In this document: piece by piece, positions 39,435 to 48,863 of the stretch | Layout: every line of letters starts with the position of its first letter | Position numbering within the stretch: the first letter of the stretch is position 1 | IMG/VR virus record: IMGVR_UViG_3300005573_000062 | Location: 62,099 to 126,098 of that record | DNA: 64,000 nucleotides | From: a virus | Strand: one strand, 5' to 3' | Notes under the pieces: generated by a model | Told to the model about the DNA's origin: nothing | Seen by the model: only the letters and a program-made list of their open reading frames with translations | The model's database searches: none | Program-made: the position numbers and the translations under genes

Positions 39435-40373
39435 TTATTTTGTTATCTTGTTTATTCTATTGAAGTAGTTTTCTAAGTTTTTATATTGATTATTTATGAA
39501 ATTCTTTATAATCTCTAAATTTTTAGGTTTCAATGATTCTTTTACCGTTTTGTTTAGAGATCTTTTAAGTATAAATAGTAGTCTTTTTTGTTCTTCAAGA
39601 TTTTTCTTAATTTTATTTTCTGCTTTTTTTCTTCGTTTTGTTGAAAAATCTATTGCATTGTAATAATCCCTCATTGCTGATAGTAGTTTAGAGTTTGTAT
39701 TTTTGTATTTATTGGTTATAGGGTTTATTATTTTAGGAAGCAGATGGAATGGGTATTCTGAAATATTATTTCTTAATCTTTTATTTTTTTCTTTTATGAA
39801 TTCAGTTGTTAGATATTTTCCAATGGTGCTATCTTTGTCGTTGTTTTCGTAATTAGCATTTTTATATTTTTCTAGTATTTTTTCATGTTTTTCTATTATT
39901 TTTAGAATTTTAGAAGAATGGTATTTGCTGTTAATTTTTAGTTGTTTTATTTTGTTTAGTTCTGGTTTTATGTTTATTTTTGTATATTTTTCGCAAATGG
40001 TGTAGTAAGCATTTTTTAATATTTTTTCGAATTCTTTTTTGTTTTTGAAGTATTTTTTTACGTATTTGTTTAATGTTTTTGATGCATATCCGTAGTAATT
40101 TTTGAATATTTCTTCGGCAGGTTTGTCGTCCATGGTTGCGTATCGTTGTTCCGGTCCGTAGATTGAATTTTCTTCAGCCTCTTCCCAAGTTTGAAAGTTG
40201 AAAGAAGGTTTTGAGTAGTTTAGTTTTTCCTTGAATTTTTCTTCTCCTATAAAGTTGTCCCAGTCGTATTTGAGGTATATCCAAGGAGTATTGAATATTT
40301 TTTTAAGTGTTTTAATTGTTTCGGTTTTTAGGTATGTAGTTTGATTGATTAGATCGTTAGAGATTGTTTTCAT
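39435..40373 (-). CDS. Lys/Asn-rich hypothetical protein
   Basis: 312 aa, GGAGG RBS. Confidence 0.65.
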   Translation of the reverse strand: MKTISNDLINQTTYLKTETIKTLKKIFNTPWIYLKYDWDNFIGEEKFKEKLNYSKPSFNFQTWEEAEENSIYGPEQRYATMDDKPAEEIFKNYYGYASKTLNKYVKKYFKNKKEFEKILKNAYYTICEKYTKINIKPELNKIKQLKINSKYHSSKILKIIEKHEKILEKYKNANYENNDKDSTIGKYLTTEFIKEKNKRLRNNISEYPFHLLPKIINPITNKYKNTNSKLLSAMRDYYNAIDFSTKRRKKAENKIKKNLEEQKRLLFILKRSLNKTVKESLKPKNLEIIKNFINNQYKNLENYFNRINKITK

Positions 40374-40415
40374 TAGTCCTCCTATTAGATATTATATATG
40401 AGTTCTTAGAATCTT

Positions 40416-41297
40416 TTAGATAATTGTTAGATTTTTTTCCTTTAAGATTTCGTTGCATTTATCTATGATTCTTTTTTTGAATTTTTTTATTTTGAATAGG
40501 AAATCTAGTATTTTTTTATGTCCGTATCTAGCTGTATAGTAGTAGATATATTCTTTTACTGGATTTATGTTTGCTCCACGTTTTATTAGAAATTTGAGTA
40601 GTTCTAGGTCTCCGTTTAATATTGTGGATGCTGTTAGTGAAGTATTATTTTTTACGTTTAATCCATGTTTTACTAGTAATTTAGTTATTTTATTTAGTTT
40701 TGATTCATTTTCTGGTATCGCTTCGTTTCCTTTAATTAGGTGTACGTCTGCCCCTTTTTCTATTAATAACTCAATTATGTTGTAGTGTCCTTGTTTGATT
40801 GCATTTTTGAGAGCGCTTGCATTATATCCGTTGGGATCCGTTCCTTTTTCTAATAGGTATTTGACTATGTTGTATTTTCCTCTTTCTGCAGTTTCCATAA
40901 GTAGGTAGTCGTTGTCCTGTTTAGATCCGCATTTTTCCAGGAATTTTACTACTTCTAGGTGTCCGTTTAAAGCAGCGAATTTCAAAGCTTCGTCGTTTAT
41001 TTCATGTACATCTGCTCCATTTTCCACTAAAAATTTGACTACGTCAAGGTGGCCTCTGCTAGCGGCTATTCTGAGTGGAGCGTTCATTTGAGCATCTATA
41101 TGGGATCCTCGTTTTAGTAGAAATTTTATGATATTTAGATGTCCTGTTTCTGCAGCTATTACTAAAGCCATGTCATGTTCAGCGTGTATGTCTGTTCCTT
41201 TTTCTATTAATTGTTTAATCTTTTTCAGGTTTCCCTGTTTAATTGAATCCCAGAGTAGGTATTTGTTTTCAGTAGTTTGATCTGTGTATTGTTTCAT
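40416..41297 (-). CDS. ankyrin-repeat protein
   Basis: Repeated AL..AA..GHL.VVKFL.E.GADVH. Confidence 0.92.
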   Translation of the reverse strand: MKQYTDQTTENKYLLWDSIKQGNLKKIKQLIEKGTDIHAEHDMALVIAAETGHLNIIKFLLKRGSHIDAQMNAPLRIAASRGHLDVVKFLVENGADVHEINDEALKFAALNGHLEVVKFLEKCGSKQDNDYLLMETAERGKYNIVKYLLEKGTDPNGYNASALKNAIKQGHYNIIELLIEKGADVHLIKGNEAIPENESKLNKITKLLVKHGLNVKNNTSLTASTILNGDLELLKFLIKRGANINPVKEYIYYYTARYGHKKILDFLFKIKKFKKRIIDKCNEILKEKNLTII

Positions 41298-41728
41298 TTT
41301 TGTCTCCTAGAACAGATCGTTTTATTTAAATTTTTTAGGAACATTTGATCTGTTATTTTGCCAAGGATTCCTAGTATATCTATTAGTATATCCTTGCCTT
41401 CCCACTTATCTTTAATTTTTGCTTTTAGCTATATATTTGGCATATTCATAAGTTAACCAAGAGTCTTTAACTACTGGGATTAATAATTCAGTTAATTTTT
41501 TTGTCTCTTCTATTTATAGCATATTTTAATTTCATTTTTTCTCCATAAAGAAATAACGGCCACCAGCTTTATAACATATTGGAACTCGAACAACCTCTTG
41601 ATGTATATAGACTTCTGGAGGATCGTCAACATAAATAATCTTACCTTTTTTAAATTTGTTTTTCATCTTTATATGGCAGCATTTATTACCATATATTGAA
41701 TTCTTACATCTTGAACATCCTAATGTTT

Positions 41729-42259
41729 TCATTTTTCCTCCCTTAAGTATCTTTCTTTTACTTCTTTAGGGTAATTACCCTTATTTAGTAAATACTTAAC
41801 TATTTTCAAATGGCCGTTATTAGCAGACCAGCGTAAAACACACTCTCCTTCTGTATGTATATCAGCTCCTTTGTTAACAAGATATTTAACTACTTCAAGA
41901 TGCCCATTTTCCGAAGCCCACCGTAGGGCAGTTTCATCACCAGCATTAACATTTGCTCCTTCTTTAATAAGCATATCTAAAACCTTTGTATTGAGTATTT
42001 TACCTATATATTTTAACCTAATCTTTTTTGCTTTATATTTTTTGGGCGTCCCTGGATTTTCATAGATTTCGCTTAATGGCTCTACCTCGTAAAGTTTTGT
42101 TCCACAATCTATGAATGTAAGTATATCTTCTTTAGCAAAGTATATCCCTCCAGGTTGGCAATCGCCAGAAGGATTGAACGGTAAAGGGTCTTCGTTTATA
42201 CCTTCTTTATAAACTAAACCGTGGTGTCCTTTCGGGTTTACTATTTTATAGTATTTCAT
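41729..42259 (-). CDS. ankyrin-repeat protein with N-terminal phage domain
   Basis: ALRWASENGHLEVVKYLV repeats; N-terminal GDCQPGGIYF. Confidence 0.88.
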   Translation of the reverse strand: MKYYKIVNPKGHHGLVYKEGINEDPLPFNPSGDCQPGGIYFAKEDILTFIDCGTKLYEVEPLSEIYENPGTPKKYKAKKIRLKYIGKILNTKVLDMLIKEGANVNAGDETALRWASENGHLEVVKYLVNKGADIHTEGECVLRWSANNGHLKIVKYLLNKGNYPKEVKERYLREEK

Positions 42260-42806
42260 ATTTTTCTCCTAATGGATTTTTCTTTGTATTGTTTAGTTTA
42301 ATTTCGATATCCGTTCTAGATGCCAGGTAGTCTGCGATGTGGACGATCATTTCAATATTATTTCTCGGTTGTAGTTCCCATTTTCCGTTGTGTCTAGATG
42401 CTATTTCTAGAATTTTTTGGTGCCAGTTTCCCGGTTGGAATTGTTTGGCGAATTCTGTTAGTGCGGCCCCGTGTTTTTTGAAGGCAGTTTTCCCGATTTC
42501 TGAGTATGTATCTATAGAGTCGTCGCCGTATTTGAGGATGTCGTGTATGATGCATGCAGCTATGATTAAGTCTTTATCTGTGGAGTTTATTTCGTATATA
42601 TTGCATAGGTAGGATGCTATTTTTATTACTTTTTTTGTATGTATGATTAGCCCGCCTTCTTTTTGTTCATCTTCCGGGTGGTATTTCCCGGTGATAGAGG
42701 CTGGGAGTATCCAGAATTTTTTAGGTGCCTTTTCCAATATTTCAAAAGTTGCTTTTGCAATTTCTGGATTCGAGATTAGTTTTAATTCTTTGTCGAGGTT
42801 GTTCAT
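42246..42806 (-). CDS. HD-domain phosphohydrolase
   Basis: PASITGKYH, GGLIIHT, IIHDILK, RHNG, HIADYLAS. Confidence 0.9.
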   Translation of the reverse strand: MNNLDKELKLISNPEIAKATFEILEKAPKKFWILPASITGKYHPEDEQKEGGLIIHTKKVIKIASYLCNIYEINSTDKDLIIAACIIHDILKYGDDSIDTYSEIGKTAFKKHGAALTEFAKQFQPGNWHQKILEIASRHNGKWELQPRNNIEMIVHIADYLASRTDIEIKLNNTKKNPLGEKYEIL

Positions 42807-42815
42807 AATTTTTTC

Positions 42816-43328
42816 CTATTTTAGTAGATTTAGTATATCTTTTTCCTTTATATCCAGAAAGGTGCCGCAGACTGGGCAAGAGTATTTGAAGTCGCACTTT
42901 ATAGTTCCCTTTTTGTGGTATATGATTTGTTCGTCTTCGTATTTCATGTTGTAGTATGCATTTTCAGTTTTTACACATTGTATATCCTTCAGAGATTTGA
43001 ATATTTTGTTACAGTTTTTGCATTTTAATTCTTTTTTTAGGTAGTTGTTTTTTTCGACGAAGATGTTTTCGAATAGTTCTTTTAGCATCGTGAATATTTC
43101 TCCATTTATTTTTATTATATAGTCTCCTTCTTTTGCAGTATATAATATATTATCTTTTTTGAATTCTAGGTGTAAAGGTAGTCCAGTCTTTTCCTTTTCA
43201 TTGGTTCCTGGATTTGCTCTTGATATAGTAGGGTTGAATATATTAGGAATTAGATTCAGGATTTCCTTTCTGTTTGCTACATTTAGTTGGATTGCTTTTA
43301 TTTCGATGTCGCTTTTATATATTTTCAT
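42816..43328 (-). CDS. conserved phage protein with C-terminal zinc ribbon
   Basis: KAIQL...AKEGDYIIK; CKNC...CPVC. Confidence 0.65.
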   Translation of the reverse strand: MKIYKSDIEIKAIQLNVANRKEILNLIPNIFNPTISRANPGTNEKEKTGLPLHLEFKKDNILYTAKEGDYIIKINGEIFTMLKELFENIFVEKNNYLKKELKCKNCNKIFKSLKDIQCVKTENAYYNMKYEDEQIIYHKKGTIKCDFKYSCPVCGTFLDIKEKDILNLLK

Positions 43329-43418
43329 ATTTCCTCCTTTATGTTGTTTATGATTTTAACATCTATAGTATATATTTCTATAGGGGTTAGTTCCTTTCCC
43401 CCTGAATATTTTTTGATT

Positions 43419-43989
43419 TTAGATTCTTCCATTTTTTTCCTTGCAAGATTTTTCTATGGTATATTTTTTAATTAAGTTTGAGATTTCCTCTATAATTTTT
43501 TCAGTAGGTTGGTTTTCGTCTATATTATTTTCTGTGTTTGTTATTAACCCCATTGGTTTTGTGAATATAGCTAGTTCACATTTTTCTATAGTAGGGAATA
43601 TTAATAATCCCATAGAATCCGAGGTCCATTCCCATATTTCTACATTCCATTTTTTTCTTAATCCCCTTAGTATTTCTCCTCTTTTTTTGTTTTTCCTGTA
43701 GGTTTTCCCTTACCAGTTGGTCTACCATCATATCCTTGATTCCCGGTAGTCTTGTGTCGTTGTTTTTAAGTTTTACGTACCATTCTTTGTTGTCCTTGTA
43801 GATTTGGTATCCTACTCTATTTTCCTCTTCATTCCAGATGTTTTCAGGATCGAAGAATTCCTTTAGTATTTCTTTTTTTCCTTTTATTTTGATTATAGCC
43901 ATTCCGTCTCCTGAATCCATGGTATATATTGCTATAGGGGTTAGTCCCTTTTCCCTGAATATTTTTTTGATTTTCTTAGAATCTTTCAT
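43419..43989 (-). pseudogene. frameshifted paralog of ORFs 54132/54739
   Basis: Similarity continues from ORF 43989 into the +1 frame (EILRGLRKKWNVEIWEW) across an A7 run near 43682-43688. Confidence 0.55.
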
Positions 43990-43996
43990 TTTCTTT

Positions 43997-44224
43997 TTAT
44001 TTGATTGTGAATTTTACTATTTGTGCAAAGAAGCCCAGTATTCCAAGTAATCCTAGTGTTAGTCCTCCTATGAGAAGGTAGTTGTACAAGATTCCCAGTA
44101 GTATTTCTTTTAATTTTTTAATTTCCCCTTTAGGTTTGATTATGGTTCCTATTATTAATAATATAATAGAGGTAGCTAGATAGGTTTGATAGTGTATAGC
44201 TATGTCTTTTGCTAATTCTTTCAT
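43997..44224 (-). CDS. two-TM membrane protein
   Basis: Two hydrophobic helices. Confidence 0.6.
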   Translation of the reverse strand: MKELAKDIAIHYQTYLATSIILLIIGTIIKPKGEIKKLKEILLGILYNYLLIGGLTLGLLGILGFFAQIVKFTIK

Positions 44225-44451
44225 TTCTCCTCTTTAGAAATTATTACTGTATATTTTTTACCACGGAATTCTTTTAAGCACATATTAGTTTTTTTAGGTG
44301 AGGTGCCCCGTAAAGTAGTATTGAATAGACAGCAAAGATGTTCTTCGTAATTACCAAATTCCCCATTACAAGATGTTGAATTTAAAAAAGGGCAAGATAA
44401 GCATTCTTTACCCTCAGGTATTTTTAATTTTTTTATTATAATATTTTTCAT
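44221..44451 (-). CDS. small Cys-rich protein
   Basis: CLSCPF...CCLF...C. Confidence 0.6.
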   Translation of the reverse strand: MKNIIIKKLKIPEGKECLSCPFLNSTSCNGEFGNYEEHLCCLFNTTLRGTSPKKTNMCLKEFRGKKYTVIISKEEK

Positions 44452-44473
44452 ACTTTTGCTCCTAGCTTTTTAA

Positions 44474-44502
44474 ATTATATACCCCCAGCCCCTTTTGTTC
44501 AA
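44474..44502 (-). promoter_or_regulatory. sigma70-type promoter
   Basis: TTGAAC-17-TATAAT. Confidence 0.72.
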
Positions 44503-44635
44503 CGGAATCTAGTACCTCTGGTCACCAAGCTTCTATTCCCTTTTAAAAAAAGTCCAGGGGACCTCTTATTTTATATTTTTATCATAGTTATCTTTAATCT
44601 TCTTTTTTTATGGTGCTCTGAATTCTATATTTCTT

Positions 44636-45010
44636 TCTTTGATTACTCCTAGAATCTTTATTTGGTTTATTCTATATTCTTTTAATTGCCCCGGAATCTT
44701 TCTTTTTGATTACCCTATATCTTTTTAATTACTCCATATTCTTTTTGATTACTCCCCGAATCCTTCTTTCTTTTTTGGTTTCTCTGTATTCTTTTTGGTT
44801 ACCCTAGACTCTTTCTTTTTGATTACCTCCAAAATCCTTCTTTTGGCTATCCTCAGAATCCTTTCTTTTAGTTACCCCAGAGTCTTTTCTTTTTGATTTA
44901 CTCCAGAACATTTCTTTTTTTTTTTGGTTATCCCCGGAATCTTTCTTTTGATTACCCCAGAATCCTTCTTTGGTTTCTCCGGGAATACTTCTTTTTTGGT
45001 TTCTCCGGGA
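44636..45010. repeat. degenerate tandem repeat, roughly 16-17 units of ~20-26 bp
   Basis: Consensus TTTTG[A/G]TTACCCC[A/G]GAATC[C/T]TTC. Confidence 0.85.
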
Positions 45011-45333
45011 GAGGGGTTCCCAGGATTGTTCCCTCCTGTATGTTGAGATCGTGTGTATATTGTGGTTTCCTGTGCGGTATAATGCTTGGTATAATAGAGG
45101 AGGGTGACCCGTTGATGGTAGATCGTATTGGGGTTCCTGATCTTAGATTTCTTAGAGAGAGTAATCCTTGAGAGTTCTTAGAATCCGTTTAGTCTGGTTA
45201 ATCCCCGATGATGCCAGGTTAATTTTTGTATTCCTTGTGATAGAAATCTTATCCTTAGCTCTGGCCTGTAGCCGGGAGTGACCTGGGTGTTGGGGGATTT
45301 GAGAGAGCCTGTTTAGAAATACGCTATAATATA

Positions 45334-45612
45334 TTATTTAAATTTTATTGAGATCCCTTCGTTTCTAGTGAACATTTGGATGGGGGCCCAGTTGTAGTTG
45401 AAGTCTTCTGGAGTTTTAGAATTAGCAAGGATGCTGAATAGTCTGGATAGTATGTCGAAGGCGTTCTCGTTTAGAATCTTTTTAAGCTCTGGAAGATGTT
45501 TATTTAGTGTAGAGATGGCTTCATCTTTTAATTCTTCGAAGTGAGATTCTCTTTGGGATACTGGGTATTTATTCCAGGTTTTTGAAAGATCTATTATATA
45601 TCTTGGTTTCAT
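45334..45612 (-). CDS. hypothetical protein, paralog of 45667-45957
   Basis: IIDLSKTWNKYP vs LTIDVSKPWNKYP; FNYNW vs FNHYW. Confidence 0.7.
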   Translation of the reverse strand: MKPRYIIDLSKTWNKYPVSQRESHFEELKDEAISTLNKHLPELKKILNENAFDILSRLFSILANSKTPEDFNYNWAPIQMFTRNEGISIKFK

Positions 45613-45666
45613 TTGAATTTTCCTTCTTTGTATAGGGTTTTAACCCGGTCCATTTTAGATCTCTAG

Positions 45667-45957
45667 TTAGAACTTTGAAGTTTTGACCCATATTCTGACG
45701 TTGTCTGCGAAGTCGTAGAATTGGTTCCAGTAGTGGTTGAAGGTGTTGAGTGATTTGGATTTTGAGAGTTCTTTGATTATCTCGTCGTAGGATGGCAGGT
45801 AGTCTGGACCGAGTTGGGTTTTGATTGCATCTCTATAATTTTTTAATATAGAGACGATTTCTTTCTTTACTTCCTGGAATATTTTTGGATCGTGTATAGA
45901 GTCGCTTGGGTATTTATTCCAGGGTTTTGAGACGTCTATTGTTAGTTTCCAGTTCAT
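45667..45957 (-). CDS. hypothetical protein, paralog of 45334-45612
   Basis: Shared motifs; GGAGG RBS. Confidence 0.72.
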   Translation of the reverse strand: MNWKLTIDVSKPWNKYPSDSIHDPKIFQEVKKEIVSILKNYRDAIKTQLGPDYLPSYDEIIKELSKSKSLNTFNHYWNQFYDFADNVRIWVKTSKF

Positions 45958-45971
45958 TTTGGATTCCTCCT

Positions 45972-46169
45972 TTATTTGAATTTTCCTTCTTTGTATAATT
46001 GTTTGATTCTGTTTATGTAGAATTTAATTAATTCTTTTTTTGTGCCGAGGTGAGGATTCTGTACTGCGAAAGTTTTAGCTTCAGGTATATAATATTTAAG
46101 AATCTGTTGAAATGTCTTTTCACCTTTAAAAAGTTTGAAGTAGTTGGGGATTCTCAAATTTATTTTCAT
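45972..46169 (-). CDS. hypothetical protein
   Basis: GGAGG RBS. Confidence 0.6.
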   Translation of the reverse strand: MKINLRIPNYFKLFKGEKTFQQILKYYIPEAKTFAVQNPHLGTKKELIKFYINRIKQLYKEGKFK

Positions 46170-46189
46170 ACACCCTCCTATAACTCACT

Positions 46190-46592
46190 TTTGTAGCGCG
46201 CGTCACACGTATTAATATGTCAGTGACTTTGAAGAAGAGAACCTCTTGGGATCTAGAGAAATTCAAGTCTGGAGTATATCCCAGGGTGAATTGTTGAACC
46301 CTATCTATAAGATAGGGTTGATCGAGAATATCCAGAGTAGAGTGAAAAAGAAGAAATTTAGTTGAGAAGAACCTTAGATGAAAGTATCTGGATATATAAT
46401 TGAACCCTATGCATAGCATAGGGTTTCTAATCTGAGAATGAAAAAATAACAATTCTAACTACTTAAAAGTCCTTTGGGCTATATGCCAGAGATGAAATTC
46501 TGAACCCTATATTATATATAGGGTTTGACGGGAGGATCGGGAATAATTTCTGGGTTTTATGAAAAAAGATAAAGAGAACATCTGATCCTCCC
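46190..46592 (-). ncRNA. candidate structured ncRNA or long leader with three repeated hairpins
   Basis: Promoter at 46599-46627; three 23-nt palindromes AACCCTATNN-3nt-NNATAGGGTT; 5' stem GGGAGGATC/GATCCTCCC. Confidence 0.5.
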
Positions 46593-46598
46593 TAGTAC

Positions 46599-46627
46599 AT
46601 TATATATCAAAACTAACAGGGATTCAA
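46599..46627 (-). promoter_or_regulatory. sigma70-type promoter
   Basis: TTGAAT-17-TATAAT. Confidence 0.72.
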
Positions 46628-46678
46628 TTTGTTCTTTAAGCTTTTCTCCATAAGTATGACACCATAACTCTGACTTTT

Positions 46679-46963
46679 TCATACACGCCTCTTTGTTTGA
46701 CATGCAGGACAGACAACCCGATTATCTCTACGTTCCCATCCATTGGTGTCTGCGATGTACTGAGCTTCTTGAAGAGTAGTAAAGAGAGTAACAAACTGAT
46801 TCTTACAACGATCACACTTTATCCTAAAATATCTAGCAGAAGAGACTTTAGATTCGTCGAGAATCAAGTCGTGCTCCTTGATCGCCTCTTTCAACTCTTC
46901 TATGGAATCAAAGACGACAGAACCGAAACTCTTATAGGAATATCCGGTGAATTCTTCTATCAT
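46679..46963 (-). CDS. zinc-ribbon protein
   Basis: CDRC...GW...CPAC. Confidence 0.65.
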   Translation of the reverse strand: MIEEFTGYSYKSFGSVVFDSIEELKEAIKEHDLILDESKVSSARYFRIKCDRCKNQFVTLFTTLQEAQYIADTNGWERRDNRVVCPACQTKRRV

Positions 46964-47610
46964 CTTTCCTCCACTAAACTATCTTTCAATTCTGCTATCT
47001 TAACATCTATCTCTTCAACGACTTTCTCGATTACCTTCTTATCATAAGGATCGTCTGCAGAGATCCAGATGTCGAGGTCTTTTATTCCAACTAAGTATAT
47101 CTCTCCTTGCATCGCTTTTATCCAGTTGTCTAGCGTATCATTGAATACCTTTTTAGCAAGAGCCTTAGTGTACTTTCCATGGATCTTCTTCACTGCTTCC
47201 TTTGTAATTCCAATAAAACCTAAACAACCCGAATCCCAGGGATCATTGAAAGAAGAAGTACTAAACTGCAATCCAGAATGATCTAGCAAGTGTATCTTGG
47301 AATATACTACACACCTCTTTGCTACCTCCTTCTCCATCTCGTCGAAAGATGAGAAGTCGTTAGGATTAAGACCGAGAGTATTGGGGAAAGAATATCTCTT
47401 GTGGAAAAGTGCGAATTCCAAATACTCTTCTGCATCCTGGATCAAATACTCAATCTCGGTATCATCTTGCTCCACATCTAAGTCTTTTGTCCCATCTTGA
47501 AGATTCTTTTTCAACTCCTCTAACTCGACGATCTTCTTCCTTACCTCTTCATTTACGTCTTTTACTAACTCCTGCACCTTTCTTTTCTTTACTTCTATGT
47601 TTATGTTCAT
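46960..47610 (-). CDS. conserved phage hypothetical protein
   Basis: LLDHSGL..ST..F.DPWDSG.LGFI motif. Confidence 0.7.
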   Translation of the reverse strand: MNINIEVKKRKVQELVKDVNEEVRKKIVELEELKKNLQDGTKDLDVEQDDTEIEYLIQDAEEYLEFALFHKRYSFPNTLGLNPNDFSSFDEMEKEVAKRCVVYSKIHLLDHSGLQFSTSSFNDPWDSGCLGFIGITKEAVKKIHGKYTKALAKKVFNDTLDNWIKAMQGEIYLVGIKDLDIWISADDPYDKKVIEKVVEEIDVKIAELKDSLVEER

Positions 47611-47619
47611 ACTACCTCC

Positions 47620-48234
47620 TTATATTAATCTTTTTAACAAAAACTTTTTTAAACGGTCTTCTAAACTATCGCTGATCTTAAACCTTTTATTCGTATAAAA
47701 ATCTTGGACATAATTATTAATTATATCGAATGAATGCTTTCCAATTATATAACCTGTTTGAGTATAAAAACATCCGAGATTTTTCAAAATATTTAAAACT
47801 TTAGTTTTATCTGGATCTCTTTTTTTCAAATGCTCAAATTTTATATCATTCACTTCTTTCTTAAATTGCTCATTTTCAGTAATATCAATTCGAATTAAAT
47901 CATCAACTAAAGATATACTATTAAACTTTTTTACATCTTCTATACTGCCTTTTACATCTACACATATCCTACTATTTATTCTATTAACCCCTACAATTAG
48001 TAGATCACGCCAAAGAGGATAAACTTTTAATTCATTAAATTCAAGAACGCCCAAATCTAATTTATTAAGATATACCTTATCTTCATCTGTTATAACATAC
48101 AAGTTACTTTTAAATAAGAATGCTTTTCTGATGCTAAATTTTAATTCTTTTCTGATTTCTGATGCATTCTTTCTTACCAGATGTTCAATTACTTCTGCAT
48201 AACCCTTTAGATTAGCGATTTCTTTTAATTTCAT
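47620..48234 (-). CDS. paralog-array hypothetical protein
   Basis: IRKAF..LYVIT.. L.IVGV..V.VKG pattern. Confidence 0.7.
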   Translation of the reverse strand: MKLKEIANLKGYAEVIEHLVRKNASEIRKELKFSIRKAFLFKSNLYVITDEDKVYLNKLDLGVLEFNELKVYPLWRDLLIVGVNRINSRICVDVKGSIEDVKKFNSISLVDDLIRIDITENEQFKKEVNDIKFEHLKKRDPDKTKVLNILKNLGCFYTQTGYIIGKHSFDIINNYVQDFYTNKRFKISDSLEDRLKKFLLKRLI

Positions 48235-48863
48235 ACTGACTCCTTTATTATATATTTTTTTACTCTTTGTTCTATTTCGTCTATTGACATACAGTATTTT
48301 AATGATAATTCACCGACCTTTATATTATTTTTCTTGAATGTTAATAGCCTTTCAAATAAATAGAAGTGGTCTTTATCAGCTTTTATGTTATCTTTAAGGT
48401 ATTCTAATATCTCGTTTATTTTATTACACTTCTCTATTTCTTTTTTATTACTGTTTATTTTATCAATTATTCTTGCTTTTGTATATATATCATGTATCTC
48501 TTTATTATCAGATTTTATCCAATATTCGTTATCATTAATTTTTCTAGTTATATTTAATTCTTCTAATTTCTCTTCTTTACAAATTATTCTTACCTCGTTT
48601 CCAAATACTTTATCTATTACCATTTTTTTATAAGTACGAGATGTAATATCTATCTTATTTTTATCTATAGGATCGAATATCGGAATTTCTAAAACTCGAT
48701 CATCATTTGTAATTAGGAAATACGACTGTTGATTTGAATATAAAGAGTCCCCCATGAAATAATCTTTTACTATATAATCTTTAAGAATTTTATTTGCTTC
48801 ATTTTTATGAGTTCCTTCTGTTGCTATTGCTTTCCCATCTTTAATTGATAGAACTAATTTCAT
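48231..48863 (-). CDS. paralog-array hypothetical protein
   Basis: FLITNDD...YKKMVIDKV. Confidence 0.65.
   Translation of the reverse strand: MKLVLSIKDGKAIATEGTHKNEANKILKDYIVKDYFMGDSLYSNQQSYFLITNDDRVLEIPIFDPIDKNKIDITSRTYKKMVIDKVFGNEVRIICKEEKLEELNITRKINDNEYWIKSDNKEIHDIYTKARIIDKINSNKKEIEKCNKINEILEYLKDNIKADKDHFYLFERLLTFKKNNIKVGELSLKYCMSIDEIEQRVKKYIIKESV

Noticed and set aside
43676-43695. Programmed -1 frameshift at A AAA AAG
   Set aside because: The -1 frame hits a stop within a few codons; the homologous continuation is in the +1 frame
44636-45010. CRISPR array
   Set aside because: Units are adjacent and degenerate, with no unique spacers and no cas operon
44893-45171. 92-aa + strand ORF (also 46126-46452, 56718-57023 and the many short antisense ORFs)
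   Set aside because: They run through repeats or non-coding DNA, or lie opposite well-supported genes; no RBS and atypical composition
45010-45330. tRNA or other known RNA gene in the GC-richer non-coding stretch
   Set aside because: No cloverleaf, T-loop GTTC motif or convincing long stems found by eye; no tRNA or rRNA seen anywhere in the window
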